Source: Lachnospiraceae bacterium (lineage in GTDB: Bacteria; Bacillota; Clostridia; Lachnospirales; Lachnospiraceae). From it: a stretch of DNA of 64,000 bases. The position numbers and the translations under genes were made by a program. The notes under the pieces were generated by a model. The model saw nothing but the letters and a program-made list of their open reading frames with translations, had not been told where the DNA came from and did not search any database. This document shows, piece after piece, positions 36,055-44,597 of the stretch (the first letter of the stretch is position 1; each line of letters begins with the position of its first letter). The DNA lies in the NCBI GenBank assembly GCA_045130455.1, contig JBGUPV010000155.1, positions 22,890 to 86,889 of the forward strand, given 5' to 3'.

Positions 36055-37734
36055 TTACGCCTGCGCGTTCGCGCTCTTCATCTCGTCCTCGTGACGGATC
36101 TGCGCACGCTTGATCTTGCCGCCCAACGTCTTCGGAAGCTCATCGACGAACTCCACGATACGCGGGTACTTGTACGGCGCGGTCATCTTTTTTACGTGGT
36201 TCTGAAGCTCCTTGATGAGCTCGTCCGAAGGCGTGTAGCCCTTTGCGAGCACGACGGTCGCCTTGACCACCTGGCCGCGGATCGGGTCGGGCGCCGCGGT
36301 GATGGCGCACTCCACGACCGCCGGATGCGCAACAAGCGCACTCTCGACCTCGAAAGGTCCGATGCGGTAGCCGGAGCATTTGATAACGTCGTCGTGACGG
36401 CCGACGAAGCGGCAGTAACCGTCGTTGTCACGCCATGCAACGTCCTTCAGGTTATAATTTCCGCCGGCAAATGCCTCGTCCGTCTGCTCTTTATTCTTGT
36501 AATATCCGATGAACAATCCGATCGGATGATGATCGATGACATCGCAGATCGTGATCTCGCCCTCCGCACCGGGCTCCACTTCCTTGCCGTCCATCATCAG
36601 CTTGATGTCGTAGATCGGCGAAGGCTTGCCCATGGCGCCGGGGATCGGCTCGAACCACGGATAATCCGCGAAGAGTACCGTACCCTCGGTCTGGCCGAAG
36701 CCGGTGTGGATCTTGCCGCCCGTGAGCGCAAGCCAGCGGTCAAATACGTCCGCGTTCAGCGGCTCGCCGGCCGTCGCGAAATTCTGAATGCTTGAAAGGT
36801 CGTAGCTCGCCACATCCTCCTGGAGCATGAAGCGGTACATCGTCGGCGGCGCGCAGAACGTCGTCAGCTTGTATTTGGCCATCATCTCAAGAAGCTTCGC
36901 GGGCTTGAACTTGATCATGTCGTACGCAAAGATCGTGGCGCCGCAGATCCACTGTCCGTAGATCTTGCCCCATCCGAACTTCGCCCAGCCGGAGTCGGAC
37001 ACGCTCATGTGAAGCTTGCCCTCCTGCACCTGCTGCCAGTATTTTGCGGTCACGATGTGCCCCAGAGGATGGTGGTAGTTGTGCGTTACCATCTTCGGCA
37101 TGCCCGTCGTTCCCGACGTAAAATAAATCTGCATGATGTCGGTGCCCTTCGTGCGGTCGTCGCCCGTGGGCTTCGCCAGCACGTCGGAGCATCTGTCCAT
37201 CTCCGCATTGAAATCGATCCAGCCCTCACGCTGAACGTTGTCAACCACGGCGAGATACTTCACGCCCGGCATCTCGGGTTTTGCCATCTCCATCTGCGAC
37301 ATGACATACTCGTCGTCGACGCAGACAAACATCTTCACATCCGCCGCGTTGGCGCGGTAGACGATATCCTTCTTCGTAAGCTGAAGCGTGCCCGGAATGA
37401 TGATGATACCGAGCTTGATGAGCGCCGTCGCGCATACCCAGTACTCCCAGCGTCTCCGGAGGATCAGCATCACGACGTCGCCGCGCTGCAGTCCCAGGGA
37501 TTTAAAGAAGTTGGCCGCCTTGTTCGAAAGCCGGCTCATCTCCGCGAATGTGAACGACTTCTCGAGGCCTGTGTCGTCGCACCACAGAAGCGCGCGCAGG
37601 TCGGGCTTTTCCTCCGCCCAGCCGTCCACGATGTCCCAGCCGAAGTTGAAATACTCGGGTGCATTTACCGTATAATTCTTCTTGAAATCCTCGTACGAGT
37701 CAAACTCGATGCGAGGGAGATACCGCTCCAACAT
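36055..37734 (-). CDS. AMP-forming acyl-CoA synthetase (medium-chain acyl-CoA ligase-like)
   Basis: 559 aa. AMP-binding signature YFTSGTTGMPKMV. Later blocks TGFGQTE, GDVAWRDNDGYCRFVGRHDDVIKCSGYRIGPFEVE and the C-terminal LPKTLGGKIKR. Confidence 0.9.
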   Translation of the reverse strand: MLERYLPRIEFDSYEDFKKNYTVNAPEYFNFGWDIVDGWAEEKPDLRALLWCDDTGLEKSFTFAEMSRLSNKAANFFKSLGLQRGDVVMLILRRRWEYWVCATALIKLGIIIIPGTLQLTKKDIVYRANAADVKMFVCVDDEYVMSQMEMAKPEMPGVKYLAVVDNVQREGWIDFNAEMDRCSDVLAKPTGDDRTKGTDIMQIYFTSGTTGMPKMVTHNYHHPLGHIVTAKYWQQVQEGKLHMSVSDSGWAKFGWGKIYGQWICGATIFAYDMIKFKPAKLLEMMAKYKLTTFCAPPTMYRFMLQEDVASYDLSSIQNFATAGEPLNADVFDRWLALTGGKIHTGFGQTEGTVLFADYPWFEPIPGAMGKPSPIYDIKLMMDGKEVEPGAEGEITICDVIDHHPIGLFIGYYKNKEQTDEAFAGGNYNLKDVAWRDNDGYCRFVGRHDDVIKCSGYRIGPFEVESALVAHPAVVECAITAAPDPIRGQVVKATVVLAKGYTPSDELIKELQNHVKKMTAPYKYPRIVEFVDELPKTLGGKIKRAQIRHEDEMKSANAQA

Positions 37735-37824
37735 ATGCTTTATCCTTACCTTCGTGTTGTTATTCCGTCATCTGTCCGCCGCCTGCCGAAGCAGTGCGCG
37801 GTCTTCTCTCTTCCGTCCCCGGGC

Positions 37825-38373
37825 TCACTCCGCGATCATCGTCAGGAACGTCGCCGGCACGTCGCCGTTGCAGCGCTGTCCGTGCGGGTACGTGGGATTG
37901 AAATAAATGCTGTCGCCCTCGTTCAGGACGATCTCCTGATCGCCGAAGACCACGATCAGACTTCCCTTGAGAACAAGGTTGAACTCCTCGCCGTCATGCT
38001 GCACCAGCGCCGCCGGCTTGTCCGACGGATCGATGGTCACCAGAAACGGCTGCATGATCTTCTTTGTAAAATGATACGCCAGGTTCTGGAACGTGTACCC
38101 CGGATAGCGGTCCGCGAGCTGTCCCTGTCCCGCGCGGACGACCTGGTAGGTGCGCAGCTTTCCGCTGACGCCCGTCATGATCTCGGAGAAATCCACGTTG
38201 AATTTCTTGGAGATGGAGTAGATCACGCTGATCGGAATGTCCGCCGCACTCTCCTCGTATCCGCGATATGTCTCTACATCGATATGCAGCTCCTTCGCAA
38301 GCTCCTCCTGCGTGTAACCGCAGACTTCCCGAAGCTCCCGGATCCTCGCCGCCAATTCCTTCAATTCGTCCAT
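37825..38373 (-). CDS. XRE-family HTH plus cupin-domain transcriptional regulator
   Basis: The start is moved to the ATG at 38371-38373 (MDELKELAARIRELREVCGYTQEELAKEL), which has GGGAGG upstream. The C-terminal cupin is HDGEEFNLVLKGSLIVVFGDQEIVLNEGDSIYFNPTYPH. Confidence 0.85.
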   Translation of the reverse strand: MDELKELAARIRELREVCGYTQEELAKELHIDVETYRGYEESAADIPISVIYSISKKFNVDFSEIMTGVSGKLRTYQVVRAGQGQLADRYPGYTFQNLAYHFTKKIMQPFLVTIDPSDKPAALVQHDGEEFNLVLKGSLIVVFGDQEIVLNEGDSIYFNPTYPHGQRCNGDVPATFLTMIAE

Positions 38374-38422
38374 ATGATACCTCCCGTTCTGCCGGCCGGT
38401 TGCGCCGACATCGCGTATCCTG

Positions 38423-38468
38423 CAATGCGCAGTATGCACATTGTAGCCCTTCCCCCGCAAAATGTCAA
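38423..38468 (-). promoter_or_regulatory. sigma-70-type promoter of the XRE-cupin regulator with an overlapping inverted repeat (candidate operator)
   Basis: Minus strand: TTGACA (rc of 38463-38468), a 17-nt spacer, then TACAAT (rc of 38440-38445). An imperfect inverted repeat, CAATGCGCA-gta-TGCACATTG (38423-38443, 8 of 9 positions matching), overlaps the -10 and the start-site region. Confidence 0.6.
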
Positions 38469-38509
38469 TCGTTACGGGGAAAACTCGGATTTCCCACCGT
38501 CTCGCGGGA

Positions 38510-40162
38510 TTAATTCTGCAGCATCGCCGAGATTCCCGGGATCAACTGCTTCTTTCTCGACACCAGCTTCGGCACTTCGCAGACATTTTCCGCGGCCTTC
38601 ACACCGAACGCCTCCTCGAGCACGTCCTTCGCGCCGTCGCCCGCGTACAGCACGCGCGAGGTCTCGGTCGTGATGTTCGTCAGCATGAAAAACAGCATGT
38701 TGATGTCGCTCTTGGACGCCATGCCGAGCAAAAACGGCTTCAGGCGCTCCTCGATGCCCGCGAGCTCGTCCGCGCTCATCGAGTTGATCTGCCCGACACC
38801 GAGTGTGATCGCGCCGATCTTGAATTTCTTGTAGTCCTGGTAGAAGATCTCCTCGGGCGAGCGCTCCGTGAGATGACTTCCGGCCGCAAACATCCGGCTC
38901 GCCAGCGCGTCCGTCTCGACGCCGGCGATCCCCGCAAGCGCAAGAGCCGCCCTCCGGTCGATCTCGGTGCACGTCGGCGAGTGGAACGCGAGCGTGTCCG
39001 AGAGGATCGCCGCGCACAGAAGCCCCGCGATATCCTTCGGGATCTCAACGCCCTGCTCCGTGTACATCAGATACACCAGCGTCGCCGTGCAGCCGAGCGG
39101 TTCGTTGCGGAAATACACCGGTTGGAACGTGCACATGCCGCCGATCCGGTGGTGATCGATGATCTCGAGGATGTCGGCCTCCTCAACGCCGTCCACCGCC
39201 TGCGCGGGTTCGTTGTGATCCACTAAGATCACCTGCTTGCGGCTCATATCCATGAGGTTCCGCCGGGAGATCGTCCCGCGGTAGATTCCCTTGTGATCAA
39301 GGATCGGGAAATCCCGGTTCCGGCGTTTTGCCATGACGTCGCGGATGCTGTCGATGTAATCGTCCGTGCGGAACGTGATCAGATTGTCCGTCGTCATGAA
39401 ATATCCGATCGGCATCGCAAGGTCGATCAGACGTGCAACGGTAAATGCGTCGTGCGGCGAGCTGATGATGATACAGCCGTGCTCCTCCGCGAGTCTGCGG
39501 ATCGTCACCGATACCTTCGCGCCCTCGCAGACGACGAGACAGGCCGCACCCATCTCGATCGCGCAGAGCTGCGACTCGTAGCGGTTGCCGAGGATGACCA
39601 GGTCGCCGGGCTTGATGTAATCCTCCATCAGATCCGGATTAGCCGCTGCGATCAGCACCTTGCCCTCGGTGTATCGCAATCCTTCGATCTTACCCGTGAC
39701 GAGCGTTCCGTCGAGCGTATCCAGAATATTTCCGTAAGGCGTTGCCGCCGCCGAGAGAATTCCCGAATCCGAGAGCTCCATCGCCGTCTTCGCGATGTCG
39801 CTGATCGTGATCAGACCGTCCAGATGCCCTTCCGCGTCGGTGATGCACAGTGTCACGACGTGGCTGTCCTGCATCATCAGCCAGGCGCGCTTTAAGGACA
39901 TGTCGCGATCCACGCCCTGCGTTTCACGGATATCGATATCCTTCACCTGCGTTCCGACATACTCGATGTAGTCGGGCGCCGCCACACCGAAGTGTTTCAG
40001 CACGTAAGCCGTCTCCGCGTTGATCTCACCGCAGCAACGCGGCACATGCTTCTTGCCGGTCTGCTTCTCCTTGAGCCACGCGTAGGCGATGGCCGAACAG
40101 ATCGAGTCCGTGTCCGGATTCTTGTGACCGATCACCAGTACTTTTTTCTCATGTGTCGTCAT
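38510..40162 (-). CDS. CBS-domain-containing family II (DHH/DHHA2) inorganic pyrophosphatase
   Basis: 550 aa with an AAGGAG RBS. DHH motifs: GHKNPDTDSICSAIAYA, VDHNE, IIDHHRIG. A CBS pair is inserted between them, and a DHHA2-type C-terminus is present. Confidence 0.85.
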   Translation of the reverse strand: MTTHEKKVLVIGHKNPDTDSICSAIAYAWLKEKQTGKKHVPRCCGEINAETAYVLKHFGVAAPDYIEYVGTQVKDIDIRETQGVDRDMSLKRAWLMMQDSHVVTLCITDAEGHLDGLITISDIAKTAMELSDSGILSAAATPYGNILDTLDGTLVTGKIEGLRYTEGKVLIAAANPDLMEDYIKPGDLVILGNRYESQLCAIEMGAACLVVCEGAKVSVTIRRLAEEHGCIIISSPHDAFTVARLIDLAMPIGYFMTTDNLITFRTDDYIDSIRDVMAKRRNRDFPILDHKGIYRGTISRRNLMDMSRKQVILVDHNEPAQAVDGVEEADILEIIDHHRIGGMCTFQPVYFRNEPLGCTATLVYLMYTEQGVEIPKDIAGLLCAAILSDTLAFHSPTCTEIDRRAALALAGIAGVETDALASRMFAAGSHLTERSPEEIFYQDYKKFKIGAITLGVGQINSMSADELAGIEERLKPFLLGMASKSDINMLFFMLTNITTETSRVLYAGDGAKDVLEEAFGVKAAENVCEVPKLVSRKKQLIPGISAMLQN

Positions 40163-40227
40163 GGGTGCTCAACTCCTTTATCATCCAACCGATATGGGCG
40201 GCAGGCTTGATCGCCATCCCTTACGTA

Positions 40228-40256
40228 AGTATAACAAATCCATAGGGAACGGTCAA
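40228..40256 (-). promoter_or_regulatory. sigma-70-type promoter of the pyrophosphatase gene
   Basis: Minus strand: TTGACC (rc of 40251-40256), a 17-nt spacer, then TATACT (rc of 40228-40233). Confidence 0.55.
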
Positions 40257-40457
40257 CGACGGAGCAGGGGTGTTTCGAGCGGAGCCGGTGTATCCCGTTC
40301 AACATCACCCTCCACTTTTCGAAGTCCTCCGTTTATAAAACCCTATTTCTTTTCTTTTGAAATGTTGTATACTAAACATAGCGGATTATCGCTTTATAAT
40401 ATATCAACCCAATGTCTTTTATTATCGTCTGTGCGGAAGGAGGTTCATGTTTCATAT

Positions 40458-42218
40458 ATGAAATCGCGCTTTTTTTCTTTATTTATGTCGTTTATCTTGT
40501 TTGTCACTTTTACCACACCTTATCTGACGTCCACCAACGCAAATCCATCTGATATAGTTTTTCGGTATAATGATGAAGATTTTATCGATGTAATTGTTAT
40601 TTTGCATGACATCCCAGAAGAAGCTATGTATGAATTGTTCTGCTCGCGTTATCCCGAAGAATATAAGCAATTCGTTTTTGTAAAGGAGAATACGGATCCA
40701 ATTCCAAATGAATTACTCGACGAATCTCTACTTGCATCTGCCTCCGACCATAAAAGACAGATTTACAGCGAGCTCTACCTTGAACAAAATATAACCTTTC
40801 TGCAAAAATACTCATCACAAGAAAACTGCATCTTTTTAAGCAAGTATTCACCCATGATTATCATGCGTATTCCCTTCGCCACTATTCATGAAATGGCTGA
40901 AGATGAAATGGTTTGCCAAATCACCGAATTTGTAGATGAACCCGGAAGCAGCAACAGCTTAAGCCTTGCGAACAACCTAACTCGAGCTAACTATGTGCGC
41001 GACACCTACGGGAACAGTGGTTCCGGTGTTAAAATTGGTATGTACGAAGTTAGTGGAGTTCCTGATGTCACTGATTCATCTCTGACTCAAGCCACTATCC
41101 ATAAACGATTAGGTACGGAACCCACGAACTCTCATGCCACAAAAATAGCGAGGATTATGGTTGGCTCCCCTTCTGGTTTCGCTCCAAATGCGATTCTCTA
41201 TTGTTGTAGCGGTAGTTCAAATGTGGATTTCTACACTGGAATTGAATGGCTAATTGATTCTGGGGTAAACGTGATAAATACCAGTGTCAATCTCGGCGAA
41301 GAAGGTACGTATGGACTGAAATCCCAATGGGTTGACCACATTGCTGTCAAGCACGATGTTCATTTTGTAACAACAGCTGGTAACATACCGACAGGTTCAC
41401 CCCTTTCTATCGAAATAACCGCCCCCGGGATGGCATATAACGCAATTACAGTCGGCGCTTTTGACCCTGGCTCTGCCACATCATGGTCGCAAGCGAATTG
41501 CTTTGATATGGCTTCATGGAGTCGTTATCAAGAATCCGGCTCCGAATACTCTGAAAAGCCAAACATCGCTGCCGATGGCGTAGATTTCTGGGACTCTAAC
41601 GGTACAAGTTTTGCTTCCCCGCAGGTTGCTGCAACAATTGCTCAATTGTGCAGTTATAATCTTGCTCTCCGATACAAGCAGACCTCAGTGGGTGCCATTC
41701 TGATGGCAAGTGCTGCAAGAAAAGCCACTTCGGTCTCTAATGGTTTTGTCGGAGATACTTTCGGGCCATCTCAGTGTGTTCCAGGTGGAAATCAGATAAG
41801 CGAATATGAAGGAGCTGGAGTCCTCGATTCTCGATGGGCTCGTGAGCTTGTCTCATCTTCTAACTACTGGTCTGCTACCGTTTACGACAATGGATTTCCA
41901 TACAATAAAACAGTCTCACTTACATCATCCTCCAATACTACCGTTCGAATTTGTGTTTTTTGGCTCCGCCAAAACAGTCTCTCGAACCACACCTCCGGGA
42001 ACATAACTGTTGACACAATTTCAAACCTTGACCTAAGTGTTTTCAACCCTTACGGAACCTGCGTAGCGACCTCTTCTACAATTCATTCGAATTTTGAGAT
42101 TGTTCAGTTTACACCGACGGTGAGTGGAAATTATACTATACGGATCACAGACATGGGTGGACATACAGGAAAGGATTACATAGGAATTGCACTATGGTCC
42201 GGAACAACTGGATCATAA
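40458..42218 (+). CDS. secreted subtilisin-like (S8) serine protease with N-terminal prodomain and C-terminal beta-sandwich domain; Glu at the catalytic Asp position
   Basis: The start is placed at the ATG at 40458 (MKSRFFSLFMSFILFVTFTTPYLTSTNA, a signal peptide), after GGAAGGAGG. The ORF-track start at 40161 reads through the divergent promoter region. S8 blocks: GSGVKIGMYEVSGVPD (Glu codon 41046-41048 where subtilisin has Asp32), SHATKIARIM (His codon 41133-41135), TTAGN (oxyanion Asn) and NGTSFASPQVAATIAQL (Ser codon 41607-41609). Confidence 0.85.
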   Translation: MKSRFFSLFMSFILFVTFTTPYLTSTNANPSDIVFRYNDEDFIDVIVILHDIPEEAMYELFCSRYPEEYKQFVFVKENTDPIPNELLDESLLASASDHKRQIYSELYLEQNITFLQKYSSQENCIFLSKYSPMIIMRIPFATIHEMAEDEMVCQITEFVDEPGSSNSLSLANNLTRANYVRDTYGNSGSGVKIGMYEVSGVPDVTDSSLTQATIHKRLGTEPTNSHATKIARIMVGSPSGFAPNAILYCCSGSSNVDFYTGIEWLIDSGVNVINTSVNLGEEGTYGLKSQWVDHIAVKHDVHFVTTAGNIPTGSPLSIEITAPGMAYNAITVGAFDPGSATSWSQANCFDMASWSRYQESGSEYSEKPNIAADGVDFWDSNGTSFASPQVAATIAQLCSYNLALRYKQTSVGAILMASAARKATSVSNGFVGDTFGPSQCVPGGNQISEYEGAGVLDSRWARELVSSSNYWSATVYDNGFPYNKTVSLTSSSNTTVRICVFWLRQNSLSNHTSGNITVDTISNLDLSVFNPYGTCVATSSTIHSNFEIVQFTPTVSGNYTIRITDMGGHTGKDYIGIALWSGTTGS

Positions 42219-42256
42219 ATGTGAAACGCTGTTGTATTGATAGGGAGGGTAATCGC

Positions 42257-43441
42257 ATGAATAACCGCTTTTCAACCTTAAGAACAATTCTTGCATTGAC
42301 GTCACTGGTGCTTCTTCTGAGTTCCTGTGGCAACAACCAACAAAAAGTGGAAGATAGTCCGACGCCGTCCGTTACCGCCATTTTGGCAACATCGACACCG
42401 TCGATCGCGGAAAAAAACGCAACGCCGTCAATCACGGAAAATGATCCGACACCATCACCTAATATGCCTGCCAAGGATCCGAACCGCAAATTGGAATCAA
42501 TCCTCATGTCCAGTGGGAATCCTTCCGACATCGTGGCCGTAGAAATCCTGTTCAACGTAGATCCGTGGGAGGAAGCCGATGAAGTCTTCAAAACAGAATA
42601 CCCTTCCCTATACCGTCTTTGGGCAGAAGTAAGGGAAAGCAGCGACCGTGATCCCAAACCGGACCGAACCGCAGAAATTACAGAAGCATTTGAACTGAGA
42701 GCCAAATTGCCTTCCATTTGCTTCGAGCGAAGGATCACCTCGTTTTTATCCAGACATTCGGAGCTCTCTGACAAGGTCATTCCCGATCTGTTCATGCAAT
42801 TTGCAGTTTACGTGTCCCGGGATCGATTAACCGAACTGGTCGCGGATGAAGATGTTTCCGGGATCATCCAATTCGAAGATCCTCACTCGCAGTCTGAACC
42901 GATCATCGTTGCTGTCACGGAAGGCCATCGGGTATATGACGGACCGAAGGTCGAAGAGTTTTCCAACGATGACTTATGTGAAGCGGGCGAGGTCAACTAC
43001 AGAATGTTTTCTATCGAGCAGACTCTCGCTTCCGCAGACGAAGAGGATCTTTTTCGTGTGATCATCAAGCCTCTCCTTCCTTGGTCGATATACGACAAAT
43101 GGCTGGAGGACCATTTTGAATTCGAAGAAAAGACATACTCGGAATGGATGAACGAACTTGCTCCGGAAGATGAAAAACTCGCTGAGATCTTTGACGCCTT
43201 TATCAAATGGAAAAACAATCCTCAGACCTCCGAGGCGGTTCGGATCTATATGGATGAACTCAGCGGCGAAGCCATGTCACATCTTCTCGGAGAATCACTG
43301 ACGGTCACCGCGAAGCACAAATCCTATATTTCGGCAACTGTAAGCAAAGCACAACTATCCGTACTTGCTCCCGGAGCTTTCGCATATGAGATCTACTGGG
43401 CAGATCAGGAAGAATACTATGCCAAGCGGCTCGGAGAGTAA
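42257..43441 (+). CDS. lipoprotein composed of two protease-prodomain-like (I9-like) repeats
   Basis: The start is placed at the ATG at 42257 after GGGAGGG. MNNRFSTLRTILALTSLVLLLSSC is a lipobox signal peptide. The first domain (GNPSDIVAVEILFNVDPWEEADEVFKTEYPSLY...LTELVADEDVSGIIQFEDP) aligns block by block with the protease N-terminus (NPSDIVFRYN..VIVILHDIPEEAMYELFCSRYPEEY...IHEMAEDEMVCQITEFVDEP). A second, more divergent copy follows. Confidence 0.75.
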   Translation: MNNRFSTLRTILALTSLVLLLSSCGNNQQKVEDSPTPSVTAILATSTPSIAEKNATPSITENDPTPSPNMPAKDPNRKLESILMSSGNPSDIVAVEILFNVDPWEEADEVFKTEYPSLYRLWAEVRESSDRDPKPDRTAEITEAFELRAKLPSICFERRITSFLSRHSELSDKVIPDLFMQFAVYVSRDRLTELVADEDVSGIIQFEDPHSQSEPIIVAVTEGHRVYDGPKVEEFSNDDLCEAGEVNYRMFSIEQTLASADEEDLFRVIIKPLLPWSIYDKWLEDHFEFEEKTYSEWMNELAPEDEKLAEIFDAFIKWKNNPQTSEAVRIYMDELSGEAMSHLLGESLTVTAKHKSYISATVSKAQLSVLAPGAFAYEIYWADQEEYYAKRLGE

Positions 43442-43541
43442 TTGTTTCGCGGTTGCTTTTTTCCCCGGCATGGTATATACTCTGGAATGATCCGCGCGAA
43501 TGCGCACCACCCGTCGAGTGGGATCAACAAGGAGTGCCGAT

Positions 43542-43883
43542 ATGCCTTTCTTCCGTGAACTGCCCGCAAAACTGATCCTTCTTCTGCACCTCATCCTCGG
43601 TGTTGTCACCGGCTGGTTCTTCGTGCAGGGTTTCAAGCTGATGCTCGGCCGCGTGTACGTCGGCGGCATCGCACAGAAAGGTTTGTTCTACCGGATCTGG
43701 GGACTTCAGCTCTCCACGTTCATCTTCATTCTCGTGTGGCTCATCGACCTGCGCGTCTGGAAGAAAAAGCGCACGCCGATGCCCCGCTCCCGCGCTACCG
43801 CGAAGGAGATCGGCCTGCTGTTCGCATCGATCCTGCTCTACGGAGTCGGCGCGGCTGCGATCAACATGATCCGTTTTCTTTGA
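43542..43883 (+). CDS. small membrane protein (113 aa, 3 predicted TM helices)
   Basis: ATG at 43542, 8 nt after AAGGAG. MPFFRELPAKLILLLHLILGVVTGWFFV... The track start at 43500 lacks an RBS. Confidence 0.6.
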   Translation: MPFFRELPAKLILLLHLILGVVTGWFFVQGFKLMLGRVYVGGIAQKGLFYRIWGLQLSTFIFILVWLIDLRVWKKKRTPMPRSRATAKEIGLLFASILLYGVGAAAINMIRFL

Positions 43884-43906
43884 TCTTTTTTCCGAAGCAT
43901 AACCGA

Positions 43907-43942
43907 AGCGGCGGACCCGTCAACACGGTCCGCCGCTTTTTC
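43907..43942. terminator. bidirectional intrinsic terminator between convergent genes
   Basis: GCGGCGGACC-cgtcaacac-GGTCCGCCGC followed by TTTTTC on the plus strand, with an A/T-rich flank on the other side. Confidence 0.75.
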
Positions 43943-43972
43943 TCTCTTCATTTTCCTCTTTTTATGAGACGA

Positions 43973-44527
43973 TCACTTGATCGCATCTCTCCAAGTCGCC
44001 GGCTTGAACTCGTGCAGGATCGGAAGAAGTCTCTGATCGACATCGATCTTGAGCACGGAGTTGAAGTTATTGGTCGCGATCATCTGTCCCGCAAAGCCTA
44101 CGATCACGACGATCTCGGGATCCGTAAAATACTTGTGAAGCTTGTCGAAGATCTCGTCCGAGACATCCGTCGGGTTCTTGACGATCGACTGCGCAAGGGA
44201 TACCAGCACCTGCTCCTTGTCATCGTACACAAGGTTGTGCGGATCGAGGCCGAGGCCCTTCACGTCGCTGATGAAAAACAGCGAGCACAGCTGGCACGAA
44301 TTCGTCGTAGAGATCGCGTGTGCATAGAGGACCGCGTCCTTCTCGCCGATCACCTCAACCAGACGGTTCCAGGATGTGTACCAGCCCATGTACGCGTCGT
44401 ACGTCGCCGCGTCGTTCAAAAGACCCTTTTTCATGTTCGTCACGGCGTTTCTTCCCGCCAGCTCGTCGTAGCGCACCTTTTCTGCGCCGGTTACTTCGTT
44501 CTGCTCTGTCAGATGAATTCTTGCCAT
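43973..44527 (-). CDS. carboxymuconolactone decarboxylase (AhpD-like) family protein
   Basis: 184 aa with an AAAGGAG RBS. CxxC motif in HAISTTNSCQLCSLFF, with the helical AhpD-like pattern. Confidence 0.65.
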   Translation of the reverse strand: MARIHLTEQNEVTGAEKVRYDELAGRNAVTNMKKGLLNDAATYDAYMGWYTSWNRLVEVIGEKDAVLYAHAISTTNSCQLCSLFFISDVKGLGLDPHNLVYDDKEQVLVSLAQSIVKNPTDVSDEIFDKLHKYFTDPEIVVIVGFAGQMIATNNFNSVLKIDVDQRLLPILHEFKPATWRDAIK

Positions 44528-44597
44528 TTCTTTGTTCTCCTTTGTATTCGTAATTGATTCAGAAAGTGTTTTCGGAAAATGAGCCTTATTTTCCGAC

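Noticed and set aside
40161-40457. N-terminal 99-codon extension of the S8 protease ORF as given in the ORF track.
   Set aside because: The extension overlaps the start codon of the divergently transcribed pyrophosphatase gene (40160-40162) and reads through that gene's promoter region. It has no RBS. The ATG at 40458 follows GGAAGGAGG and starts a typical signal peptide.
40300-43450. Calling the low-GC protease islet a mobile element or prophage remnant.
   Set aside because: No integrase, transposase, tRNA attachment site or flanking direct or inverted repeats are visible. Only the compositional anomaly is supported.
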